A stretch of 64,000 nucleotides of DNA, from the NCBI GenBank assembly GCA_964016885.1, contig OZ024740.1, positions 368,156,001 to 368,220,000 on the forward strand, read 5' to 3'. The notes under the pieces were generated by a model. The model did no database searches. It saw nothing but the letters and a program-made list of their open reading frames with translations, and had not been told where the DNA came from. A program made the translations under genes and the position numbers. Below, in pieces: positions 52,800 through 64,000 of this stretch. Within the stretch, counting starts at the first letter, position 1. Each line of letters starts with the position of its first letter. This DNA comes from Eledone cirrhosa. Its lineage: Eukaryota.

Positions 52800-53460
52800 A
52801 CTCTCATTATGTCACGTAGATCTCCAGTCTCCCGCTAGGGGCCCATTAGCTCAAATGTTTTATACAATATATTGGTGAATGAAAGATTACTCTTTAGATT
52901 GTCGTTGTACCTAAGACATGGCCGTCCAACACTTTTATATCCACAATCAAGCTGGCTGTATAGGAGGACTTTTGGCATTCTTTTGTCACTTATTTACCGT
53001 TAGATATTTTGTCTTTAAATGTGTATTTACAGATTGCGCGAAGACACCCTTTATGAAAGACGCCCAGTTAACTAATATGTTACCTACATGGAGTCCAATA
53101 ATCTAGTCAGTACAACAGCTATATAAACATGCACTTTGGTTTTCAGTTTAATGTCTCTATGATTGCAAAAGAGACGACAGAGTTTGCCAAATGTATTTAT
53201 GGCTTCCCCTCTTCGATTAATTATGTCGTCATTATAAGATGGTTCACCTTACTGGCAAGATATTTGAAACATTTCCTATACAGGGGATTCTTCTCATCGA
53301 CTTTTATAAATATATCTGGGAACTGGCAGTTACTGCTTCACTCCTTGCATTTGTTTGGACATAGACCATGGTTTGCAGGTTACGAGTGTTTTATTGATGC
53401 TGATGTTAAGCCTGAATGCGTGTTCGCTCTAAAGTATCGAATACCATATCTGCTACTTTG
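52800..53460 (-). mobile_element. Old RTE-type LINE fragment
   Basis: Minus-strand remnants KCFKYLAS, FGKLCRLFCNHRDIKLKTKVHVYIAVVL, FHKGCLRAIC, typical of the post-RT region of RTE elements. Confidence 0.6.
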
Positions 53461-53662
53461 ATCGTCTGGGAAGCTCACTTTGGCGGAATTGGTGTAGCTC
53501 GGCCGCCTGAGATACGGCAGATGTGTATGCGAGTATGGGTGATCCTATCAATTTTCATAGGCTCAGTGAATACATAGCGAAATTTTAGATTATTTTTCAT
53601 AGTTAAAAAGAACGTTAAGCGCCCAAATTTTCAATATGTATATATATATATACATAATCACG

Positions 53663-53693
<31 letters not shown>

Positions 53694-53700
53694 GTGCGTG

Positions 53701-53767
<67 letters not shown>

Positions 53768-53837
53768 TGAGAGAGAGAGACTGACTACTACTACATATTT
53801 AACCCACCAGTGTTCTACTATTATATATATATATATA

Positions 53838-53959
53838 CAACAAAGTAAGTGTGGTAAGGAATCAGGTGGACCTTAACGCACCAGAGTACTCGACACTTAA
53901 GGAGGCAGTAGTGTGGGTAATAGGAAAAAGGAGAAGAGTCAGGGCTCTGCTGACTCTTT

Positions 53960-53963
<4 letters not shown>
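53838..53963. mobile_element. Family A partial copy 5
   Basis: gtgtggtaaggaatcaggtggaccttaacgcacc... between (TA)n runs. Confidence 0.75.
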
Positions 53964-53997
<34 letters not shown>

Positions 53998-54361
53998 CAG
54001 TTTACATATATATATACATATATATACATATACGTGTTTTGCAACGGGTCACTTTGTGGCTCAATAAAAAATTAATAATCAGAGCTATATATCATAAAAC
54101 ATGTCTATAGAATCACAAGATAAAATATATACCATTTCCTCTCCCAATTAGCACAATTAACTATATAAACAATCGAATAGACCAGGCTAAAAGAATGAGG
54201 CTTCTATGAAGAAATTTTCAACAAATAACCGAAACTAGTCCTTCGCGTCGGCCGCAACGGAATATTTATCGAATATTTCGACAGCGTAATCGCACAGATA
54301 CAGTCAACTAAACAGAATTAGGTGTAAAATAAACTAGGAGAAAATAGAATACATTTAAATA

Positions 54362-54447
54362 CCTCTACCATCGTTTCATCCGCATTTTGAGTTTTCCAAT
54401 AATTATGTAATAATTATATAAACTCGAGCCCCGGATTTATCAGGAGA
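54362..54447 (-). ncRNA. Hammerhead motif, family E minus copy (CTGATAA core, probably impaired)
   Basis: Reverse complement of the 54958-55041 motif with G8 changed to A. Confidence 0.5.
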
Positions 54448-54957
54448 TTTGCTCTTATCTAGACACTAAATTTTCCAAAGTGATCGCGCCAAGAATACAT
54501 TCAAAATGGCTAAGAATCGTGACGTAGCCGCGGTCAGGTTGGAAGGGGTGTGGTAGTTGCTTATGACTGGTGGCATTTTTGCTAGAAAGCACATCACAAT
54601 AAAGCCATATTTGTATCTCAACCTAATGGGAGATTATTACATATAAAAGTTTACATATATATATACATATATATACATATACGTGTTTTGCAACGGGTCA
54701 CTTTGTGGCACAATGAAACATTAATAAATTAAATAATCAGAGATATATATCATAAAACATGTTTATAGAATCTCCCATTAGGTTCAGATACAAATGTGGC
54801 TGTATTGTGCTGTGCTTTCTAGCAAAAATGCCACCAGTCGTAAGCAACTACCACACCCCTTCCAACCTGACAGCGGCTACGTCACGATTCTTAGCCATTT
54901 TGAATGTATTCTTGGCGCGATCACTTTGGAAAAGTTAGTGTCTAGATAAGAGCAAAT

Positions 54958-55041
54958 CTCCTGATGAATCCGGTGCTCGAGTTTATATAATTATTACATA
55001 AATATTGAAAAACTCAAAATGCGGATGAAACCATGGTAGAG
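54958..55041 (+). ncRNA. Type I hammerhead ribozyme motif, family E copy 1
   Basis: ctc-CTGATGA-atccg..gagttt..aaactc..cggat-GAA-accatggt-A-gag: intact core, perfect palindromic stem III, GUA triplet. Confidence 0.8.
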
Positions 55042-55615
55042 GTATTTAAATGTATTCTGTTTTCTCCTAGTTTATTTTACACCTAATTCTGTTTAGTTGA
55101 CTGTATCTGGGAGATTACGCTGTCGAAATATTCGATAAATATTCCGTTGCGGCCGACGCGAAGGGCTAGTTTCGGTTATTTGTTGAAGATTTCTTCATAG
55201 AAGCCTCATTCTTATAGCCTGGTCTATTCGATTTTTTATATAGTTAATTATGGTAATTGGGAGAGGAAATGGTATATATTTTATCTTGTGATTCTCTAGA
55301 CATATTTTATGATATATAGCTCTGATTATTTAATTTATTAATTTTTCATTGAGCCACAAAATGACCCGTTGAAAAACACGTATATGTATGTATATGTATA
55401 TATATATGTAAACTTTTATATGTAATAATCTCCCATTAGGTTGAGATACAAATTTGGCTGTATTGTGCTGTGCTTTCTAGCAAAAATGCCACCAGTCGTA
55501 AGCAACTACCACACCCCTTCCAACCTGACCGCGGCTACGTCACGATTCTTAGCCATTTTGAATGTATTCTTGGCGCGATCACTTTGGGAAATTTAGTGTC
55601 TAGATAAGAGCAAAT

Positions 55616-55699
55616 CTCCTGATGAATCCTGTGCTCGAGTTTATATAATGATTACATAATTATTGGAAAACTCAAAATGCGGATGAAACGATGGTAGAG
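55616..55699 (+). ncRNA. Type I hammerhead motif, family E copy 2
   Basis: 658 nt downstream of copy 1. Core intact; stem III acgatggt. Confidence 0.7.
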
Positions 55700-55967
55700 G
55701 TATTTAAATGTATTCTATTTTCTCCTAGTTTATTTTACACCTAATTCTGTTTAGTTGACTGTATCTGGGCGATTACGCTGTCGAAATATTCGATAAATAT
55801 TCCGTTGCGGCCGACGCGAATGGCTAGTTTCGGTTATTTGTTGAAGATTTCTTCATAGAAGCCTCATTCTTATAGCCTGGTCTATTCGATTTTTTATATA
55901 GTTAATTATGGTAATTGGGAGAGGAAATGGTATATATTTTATCTTGTAATTCTATAGACATGTTTTA

Positions 55968-56742
<775 letters not shown>

Positions 56743-58246
56743 TACATATATATATATGGCTGACTTGCTGGACCACCTAGAATGATGCGAATCATATAGA
56801 CGCCATCATCAAATTAGATAACAAGTTAGAATTCATATCTTTTCAGAGGACTGTATTAAACTTAAGGATCATAATTATGACTTCATCAATAAATCAAATT
56901 GCAGGCTCATAGAATCTGCCAAATCGGAATTAGGACTTATTTGTAAAGACGTAATATAACCTTTAGACAGCGTTCCTATCTTTATCCGTGGGTTAATAGC
57001 CAAATAGTTGTAGGTTGGTTTACCATACTCAAACACACTAACAATGCAAGGTTCATTCAATTTAATATAGTTGATTGTTTTTACCCCTCTATATCCAGGA
57101 GTTTATTTAATAAGGCCCATGATTTCGCTAACAATTTCAGCGATATAGATGAGTTAGACCGACTAGCAATGTCCCACAGCGGAATTCTTCATTCTTTAAT
57201 ACTGATGAAATGTGGATAAAGAAATCCACGCCCAACTACCTATTTGATGTACCGATGCGATCATTTGACATTGCTGATATATGCGATATGGTGGGCTTTT
57301 TTTCTTTTAGACACACTACGAAACTAATTCGCTGACTTCCATACGGATCTATCTCATGATGATGGCCTGGCACTATTTAGCGATAACTGTGACCATGATC
57401 TCGATACATTTAGAAAAAAAATCTAATTATTATTTTCAGTATCCTAGGCATAACAATGAATATATTTGCCAACCACACCAGTGTTAACTTCCCAGGCGTC
57501 AATTTAGACATACTTAAGAAACTTAGCTACATTCCTAAGTACTCTAGCCACCGCTACAATTTGTTTAAATCTTATGAATATCATCAGTACGAGCTTGTCC
57601 GCCATCTCTTCGAGCAAACCATCTTTGATTGAGCAGCACCCTATGTGTGTAACCTTAAAATGACGGCACACATTTTTCCATTAAATGGAATATATTAGAA
57701 AAATCTACACTATATTAACAGTAAGAAATGTTGCCGGCTATGTAACACGTAAAAGTGGAATGTACTCTCACAACTAGCTTCAGAGAAACAATGTTTAAAT
57801 ACTCGGTTTCCACTCGAACAGAAATTCATTCTGAGAAATTGGTATAGACCAGACTAACTAATTTTATATTCAAGGAATTTAATTTCTTTCAATTACTAAC
57901 TTTTCGCAAATTCCCTTCCTTTGTGGTTCTTTGATTATACCTCCTTTTCCACTATTCAAAATGTTTTGTTTATTTATAGCTAAATGAGAAATTATCTGCC
58001 CTTGAAGAACTCTCACGTATTTTCAAAGTCAACCTGTGGAGGTGGCAATTTTTTTAATTAACGGTTTAAATGAGTTGGGGATGTATAACCCAATGAAGCT
58101 AAAGTGCCTGTATATGTCACTGTTGTAACTAATTATATATATATATGATTAATATGAGTATGAGTTGGTTAATTACTGGCACATCAGCATGCTGGGTAAA
58201 GCATTCAACAAATTGTGCAGGTTTATTCCAGAGTATACTTAAAAAC

Positions 58247-58600
58247 AAGAAGTGTAAGTCAGCAGGTTAAAATTAAGTTCGTTTATTCATATTCGTTGTT
58301 ATATATATATTTCGGTGATAACCATCATGCAACAGCTATGACCTCATCAGACAGCTAGTATTTGGTTGCATTTGGGTGCTTTGAGAAAACAACACCAAAC
58401 TTCAGCACTGTGCATATCAAAAAGATGAAATAACAGAGTTAAGCTTTATTTCATCGTTTTGTTTTTCAGTTGTTTTTTTTTTTTTTTTTCAAATTCTAGC
58501 TGTCTCATGAAATCATGCTTAATATCGCAGAAATATATATAACAACAACAGTGAATATGAATAAACGAAGTTAATTTCAACTTGTTGACTTACACTTCTT
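58247..58600. mobile_element. Fold-back element (arms 58247-58358 and 58496-58600)
   Basis: Diverged inverted repeat with a hammerhead core in the left arm. Confidence 0.7.
58295..58355 (-). ncRNA. Type I hammerhead motif on the host-gene strand
   Basis: gctgt-CTGATGA-ggtcatagctgtt-gcat-gatggttatcacc-GAA-atatatatat-A-acaac. Confidence 0.6.
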
Positions 58601-58627
58601 ATTTATATATGTGTGCGTGCGCGCGCG

Positions 58628-58683
<56 letters not shown>

Positions 58684-58697
58684 GGATAAATATAGAT

Positions 58698-58728
<31 letters not shown>

Positions 58729-59162
58729 GAGGGAGATAGCGTGTTCGACTACCTTTCTATGTTACTTATATAAATATTTTGATTATAATATAACACAGAG
58801 AAGGAAATATAAACATTAATTTGGAGTCTTGGCAAATGTATTTCGTATAATATTCGATTCGAAAATTTTCACCGTTTCTTACAACATAAATCACAGTAAA
58901 ATTGATTATTTCTAAGGAGAATTTGTGAATAAAATCTTATAATATGTATTTCCTAAAATGTTCAGTATACAATCACCTTCTGTAACATTATGCAGCAAGG
59001 TGTGCAGTTAACAAACTTGTTGAAATCTTTCCAATATTTAAATTTAAAAAAAAATATATATATATAGCTTGAATTTATTGAGGTTATATGTTCAATTTAA
59101 AAACAAATTTTTTTCTGCATTATATAAAGCTTGTGATTTTATTGTTCAGCTTGACTCTCCCA

Positions 59163-59237
<75 letters not shown>

Positions 59238-59315
59238 CGTATATACACACATACAAACACACGCACACACACACACACATATATATATATAATGTACACA
59301 TATTTTTATTCTTTG

Positions 59316-59737
59316 TGGGGGCTCATGTTGTCAATACAAACGCACGCACCTCTTGGTTTCCACTTCAATTTATCATACATTTCCGTTTGGTTTGTTGGCT
59401 GGTTGGTTCGATAACCGGATGGTTATTTATATATTGTAAGAACTCTTTCGTCACACATTCTGTGGCCTCCTATGTGACTGTTTTTTTTTATTAGTTTGTG
59501 TCTCGCTTTTTTCTGTGCTACACAAAAAGCAAGATGGTGTAAGATAGAACAAAAGAGAGACACAAAATAAAAAGACAGTCACTGAGGAGGTCACAGCATG
59601 TGTGACGAAAGACCTTCGACAATATATAAAAAAAACATCTGGTTATCGAAACACCCAACCAACCAACTGGACATTGATAATAACTTGAAGTGAAACCATC
59701 AGGTATGTGTGTTTTTATTGGCAACATGATCCTCCCA
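59316..59737. mobile_element. Fold-back element (arms ~59316-59523 and 59537-59737) with hammerhead core
   Basis: Diverged inverted repeat. gtca-CTGAGGA-g-gtcaca-gcatg-tgtgac-GAAA at 59578-59620. Confidence 0.7.
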
Positions 59738-59747
59738 AATTATAACA

Positions 59748-59800
<53 letters not shown>

Positions 59801-59945
59801 AGCGCGCGCTTGTGTGTGTCTCTGTGAGTGTGTATACTCTTTGATACATATCTCATGTAAATGTAAATATGAGAAACACCAGTAAAACAAAGACAAATGA
59901 AAATATACATGACAAACTATAAATAGAGAATAAAATACAACTCAC

Positions 59946-60078
59946 GTTACACATGAATGCGAAGCTGTTATGTGATAATATTCGCCCATCTGTTCCTAGT
60001 AATAGCACGCTAATATATGTAAGTATACACCCGGTTACAATCATATTATTCATATTTGGACTGGACATCTTTATATAT
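59946..60078 (-). CDS. GABBR2: GABA-B receptor subunit 2-like GPCR, internal exon (ICL1-TM2-ECL1)
   Basis: 133-nt exon bounded by ccgcag| and |gtgag. Encodes (R)YIKMSSPNMNNMIVTGCILTYISVLLLGTDGRILSHNSFAFMCN, the IKMSSP..NN motif of GABA-B R2. Ends in phase 0, compatible with the next exon. Confidence 0.93.
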
Positions 60079-60451
60079 CTGCGGAGATACATATAAATAT
60101 AATATTAAGAATAAAAAACAAAATCATCTTAGTTTTTAAAACTGAAATATTATGCTAAATTAATATCATTAAATATAAAATGTTTAGAAATATACTGACC
60201 AGAATTGTAAAATATACTGAGTACAAAATTGATGTAATTCTGAATAACAGTTAATGCAGCTTTGGTTTTATCGTTCCTCAGTGTAAGGAAGATGAATTAA
60301 ATATGCAACAACAATCTTAGTTTTGTATATTTACCGTAGAAGTAGGAATCGTACAAAATAATCAAGACGTATTTTGGTGGAGGTTATGGAGTTTTGTCAA
60401 CAGGTTATTTTTGGCCGCATGATGCCCACAACACATCGACATTTCACGACG

Positions 60452-60521
<70 letters not shown>

Positions 60522-60522
60522 C

Positions 60523-60730
60523 AACGAAGGAAATGTGGTAAGGAACGAGATGGACAATAACGCACCAAAGTACTCAATACTTAGGGTAGTAGAGTGGTTA
60601 ATAGGAACGAGTAGGACCCCAACGGCTGAGCTCAAGCCGTTTCGACGGCTAATTCTGGAGTAAAATGATTTTAATCCAGAATTAGCCGTCGAAACGGCTT
60701 GAGCTCAGCCGTCGGGGTCCTACTCGTTCC

Positions 60731-60732
<2 letters not shown>
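60523..60732. mobile_element. Fold-back element family A, copy 6
   Basis: Tail plus hairpin with a 15-nt loop, in (TA)n. Confidence 0.85.
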
Positions 60733-60762
<30 letters not shown>

Positions 60763-60769
60763 TATATAC

Positions 60770-60848
<79 letters not shown>

Positions 60849-61284
60849 AACACACATATTTTTATACATTTGTCAACAGGTTATTGTTGGCCGCATGATG
60901 TAAGAGACTGATGCCCACAACACATCAATATTTCACGACTCTCACACACATATACAGATGTACGCAGAGACAGATAGAAGGAAAGAGCCAGTAACACAGA
61001 CATACACAGAAACAAATAAGCACATAATTATCAGACTGTTGCTAAAGCACCAATATTGAGCGAATTCAATGACACATAGCGCTTAGGCGTGTTTTTTTTT
61101 AAATTCAAGTTGCAGGAACATAAACACTGAAACATAGATACACATATACAGATACGTATGTCTGGTGGTGAGTAGAGTATATTTGGGCATTTGTCTATAT
61201 ATTCAATACAAATATATTTAGACGGATGAATGCTGCTGGTAACAGAATTCTTGAGGAAAGGTATCCCGGTATTCACTTTATATG

Positions 61285-61479
61285 AAAACATGGCGTCGTA
61301 TGTCATGCTTTGCAACATAGAGTTATGGTCCTTTATGATTTGAATTCAAATCCCACCGAGGTTAACTTTGCCTTTCATCCTTAAGGGGTCGATAAAATAA
61401 AGTAGCAGTGGCGCACTGGGGTCGATTTCATCAACTTTTCCCTCCCCAAAAATTGCTGGCCTTGTGGCTATATAAGAAA

Positions 61480-61482
<3 letters not shown>
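61285..61482 (+). mobile_element. SINE S1 (variant)
   Basis: S1 core with extra gtcgatttcatcaacttttccctcccc segment. Confidence 0.8.
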
Positions 61483-61548
<66 letters not shown>

Positions 61549-61674
61549 ATATGTATATATATGTATATATATATACACACACGCACACACATATATATAT
61601 ATTTATATATATGATACAATTCCATAAATAATAGCATTCATAAGAAAGTGCTAAACCGAAGTTATATTTAATAT

Positions 61675-61855
61675 AATTGTTTCTAATTTTGGGACAAGGT
61701 CAGCAATTTCCCAGTACATTACTGGTACTTCATTTTATCGACCCCGTAAGGATGAAAGGCAAAGTTAACGTGGGCGGGATTTGAACTCAGATCATAAAGT
61801 GGCGTAACTCTATGCTACAAAACATGCCGTCCGACTCTCTACATATACTTCCAAT
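61675..61855 (-). mobile_element. SINE S1
   Basis: Full S1 body. Confidence 0.85.
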
Positions 61856-62035
61856 CTTTAATATAATGACAAGGAAAACATGTCCCAGTAACAAGCCCCT
61901 ACTAAAAAAAAAACAACAACAAATAAACAATGGACCCTTAAATTCATACCCTGCATTGTGTAATGGTTAATGCTACCTGTGACGTTTTCGTTACTCTCCG
62001 ACAATGCATTGGATATTTTTTCACGTTATCTTTTT

Positions 62036-62226
62036 AGGTGGATTGGCAGTATCAGTAGAGGGTCGGACGCCATGCTTTCCAGCATAGAGTTACGTGCCTT
62101 TTCGGACTGAGTTCAAATAAATCCCTCGAAGGTTAACTTTGCCTTTCCTCCTTACGGGGTCGATAAGATAAATAACCTGTAATGTACTGATTAATTTCTG
62201 GTCTTGTGCCAAAAGTAGAAAGAATT
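62036..62226 (+). mobile_element. SINE S1
   Basis: Full S1 body, inverted relative to 61675-61855. Confidence 0.85.
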
Positions 62227-62388
62227 ATCTTTTTGACAGTATGCAGACAATAAAGGCCAATCAAACTTCATACTCAGTTTTATATATATATCTTTCTCCA
62301 TATAATGTAAGTACTAATACTTATAGGAATGTGGTAATAAATGAATACCGAGTGGCGACTAATGGCTAAACTATAACTAGGGGAAAAC

Positions 62389-63200
62389 CTAAATATGGAA
62401 TGTTACGCGATGCCACACACTCACAGCCCCGGCGGACAGAATGGAGTAGGCGTTCCCACGGAGGAGGGCAAGGGAGACGCGCTGGAAAAGCCACTCCAAC
62501 TCGCGAGGTTCACACCTGCGGCTAGCCAGCGCAGCGCCTATGGTGGTGAGTAGGGAGGTAGCCTTAGGGCCGAGGACACTAGAAGTCTCCACTTCCAGGG
62601 GTACAACCGCAAACCTGTCGGAGAAGGTCCTGTATTTGAGGAGTTTGGCCTCCTCAACCCGACGTGCAGCAGAAACTGGGTTAGTCGCAGACTGCACCAG
62701 TTGCGGCTGCAGAAAGTGTCGGTGCAAGTAGCATCTCAGACGAGGTGTTTGCCACCGCGGAACGGGAAGATCGTCATGCGACCTGGCCTTTTGCCGTCCC
62801 CTCCGTCCAGCCACACTGGCTCGAGCTGAGGGCAGCATGGCGTGGAAGGCGGCCGGCACTGTGGTGATAGGAAAGAGGGTGTAGGCCGAAAGAGTCCACA
62901 GTGGATCCGCAGCGACATTGGTGTGGATCGCAGAGCCGGGGGCCGAGCCTCAAGGAAACGCCGATGCGCAGGCTATTGTTGTTTAGCTGCCTACAAGTAA
63001 AGAAGGTGGCAGGGCATGGAGCAAGGCACCACTGTGGGGTTTGGAGGCCACACGAAAGCAGGTAAGGCTGTGCTGGTCGAGCTGGTGCGTGAGGCTGCCT
63101 GAAGTGCTTTCGAGGGACTTGACGTCAACAGGGGTAGAAGGAGTAGGGACGTCTACTAGGCTAAGTCCCAGCCGATCCCACGGCCCCGCATTCTCTGAAC
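62389..63200 (-). mobile_element. 3' fragment of a CRE-like non-LTR retrotransposon (restriction-like endonuclease)
   Basis: GC-rich island. LEP..DGKRPG.MTIFPFRGGKHLV-(W)DATCTDTF..AARRVEEAK..KY..VPLEVETS.VLGP..LFQRVSLALLRGNA, with frameshifts. Confidence 0.8.
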
Positions 63201-63513
63201 ACAGAGGGTTCTAAATATATTCTTCTTCTTCTTCTTTTTCTTCTTCTTCTTCTTCTCCCTTCTTCTTCTCCTCCTTCTGCTCTTACCATCTGTCCCATCT
63301 CTTACTATCTATACTCCTATCCATCTTTTTATTTATTGTCTTTGCCCTGCTATTCACCCACTTAGCGACCTTAAATGACATTTGTGCATAGAATTCCACT
63401 ATTTTCCTCTAACATTTGTATCAATCTAAGTTGGCAATCCGGATCATATATTTATATGGTATATCTATTTTTATATCTGCCCTGTTTATATACTATCAAT
63501 AAGGATTCTAACT

Positions 63514-63643
63514 TCATTGTTTCCGAAGAAGACGGTCTGATCGAACCTATATATGAGGTTTGATATTATAGAGTTATATAACTGCTATAGATCAGACAAT
63601 ATATCTATATAATCGAACCTTCGAAATGATCGTAAAACAATGA
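63514..63643 (+). ncRNA. Hammerhead motif with branched stem II (C4 variant)
   Basis: tcattgttt-CCGAAGA-[93 nt]-GAA-atgatcgt-A-aaacaatga: perfect 9-bp stem I. Partial inverted copy at ~63730-63782. Confidence 0.65.
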
Positions 63644-64000
63644 TATGAATAGGTAAAATAACTTGACTTTGTCGCTTCTATATTCCTTTGATACAGAGTC
63701 AGGTATTAGGTATTAAATTAACAACGAAAATAAAAGCGACAAAGTCAAGTTATTTTACCTATTCATATCATTGTTTTACGATTCAGCGAAACTCAGAACA
63801 TCTCTATGGATTTCACTGGATTACTCGCCATCAGATTACATTGAGTTCTATCTACGGTACGGACGCTACCACCGGAGGTAGACTGCACTGAAATATATAT
63901 ATATATATAGTAAAGAGAAAGAGAGTGAGAGAGAGTAGAGAGGTGAAAGAGAAAGATATATATATATATATACTTATATAACAACTAGAAATTGATTAAC

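Larger units (their letters stand above)
53999..55975. mobile_element. Family E: ~658-nt unit in inverted plus tandem array
   Basis: ~1.2 units in one orientation (53999-54772), a flip at an aatc microhomology, then ~1.8 units in the other (54769-55426, 55427-55975). Bounded by (TA)n. Confidence 0.9.

Noticed and set aside
56757-57700. Coding-like segment after a TA run
   Set aside because: No recognisable motif in any frame I could read.
60079-64000. Upstream TM1 exon (and the downstream TM6 exon in 1-8223) of the GABA-B receptor
   Set aside because: No matching peptide found by eye; probably outside the window.

Overview
AT-rich animal DNA packed with (TA)n/(CA)n microsatellites. The SINE family and repeat landscape look like an octopod cephalopod (inference). 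The whole window lies inside one minus-strand host gene, a GABA-B receptor subunit 2 (GABBR2-like class C GPCR). Four small exons (59946-60078, 50473-50580, 33721-33843, 8224-8325) splice in frame through GT-AG sites and encode TM2 to TM5. The introns hold decayed transposons: a near full-length R4/Dong LINE tail-to-tail with a full-length L1/Tx1 LINE sitting in an (AAT)n tract, two Penelope-like RT/GIY-YIG remnants, RTE and CRE fragments, a deleted mariner, Helitron-like elements and about 12 tRNA-derived SINE copies. The main unexplained signal is a dense set of largely unrelated, non-coding fold-back elements inserted in (TA)n tracts. Most carry a type I hammerhead ribozyme motif with a palindromic minimal stem III. 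They include tandem units of 459 and 658 nt (retrozyme/circRNA-like), a U3-A8 compensatory core, cores with greatly expanded stem II, a possibly split hammerhead with a ~500-nt insert, and a hairpin whose loop is an exact 28-nt copy of DNA 1.7 kb away. All structures were derived by eye; no folding or database search was run.
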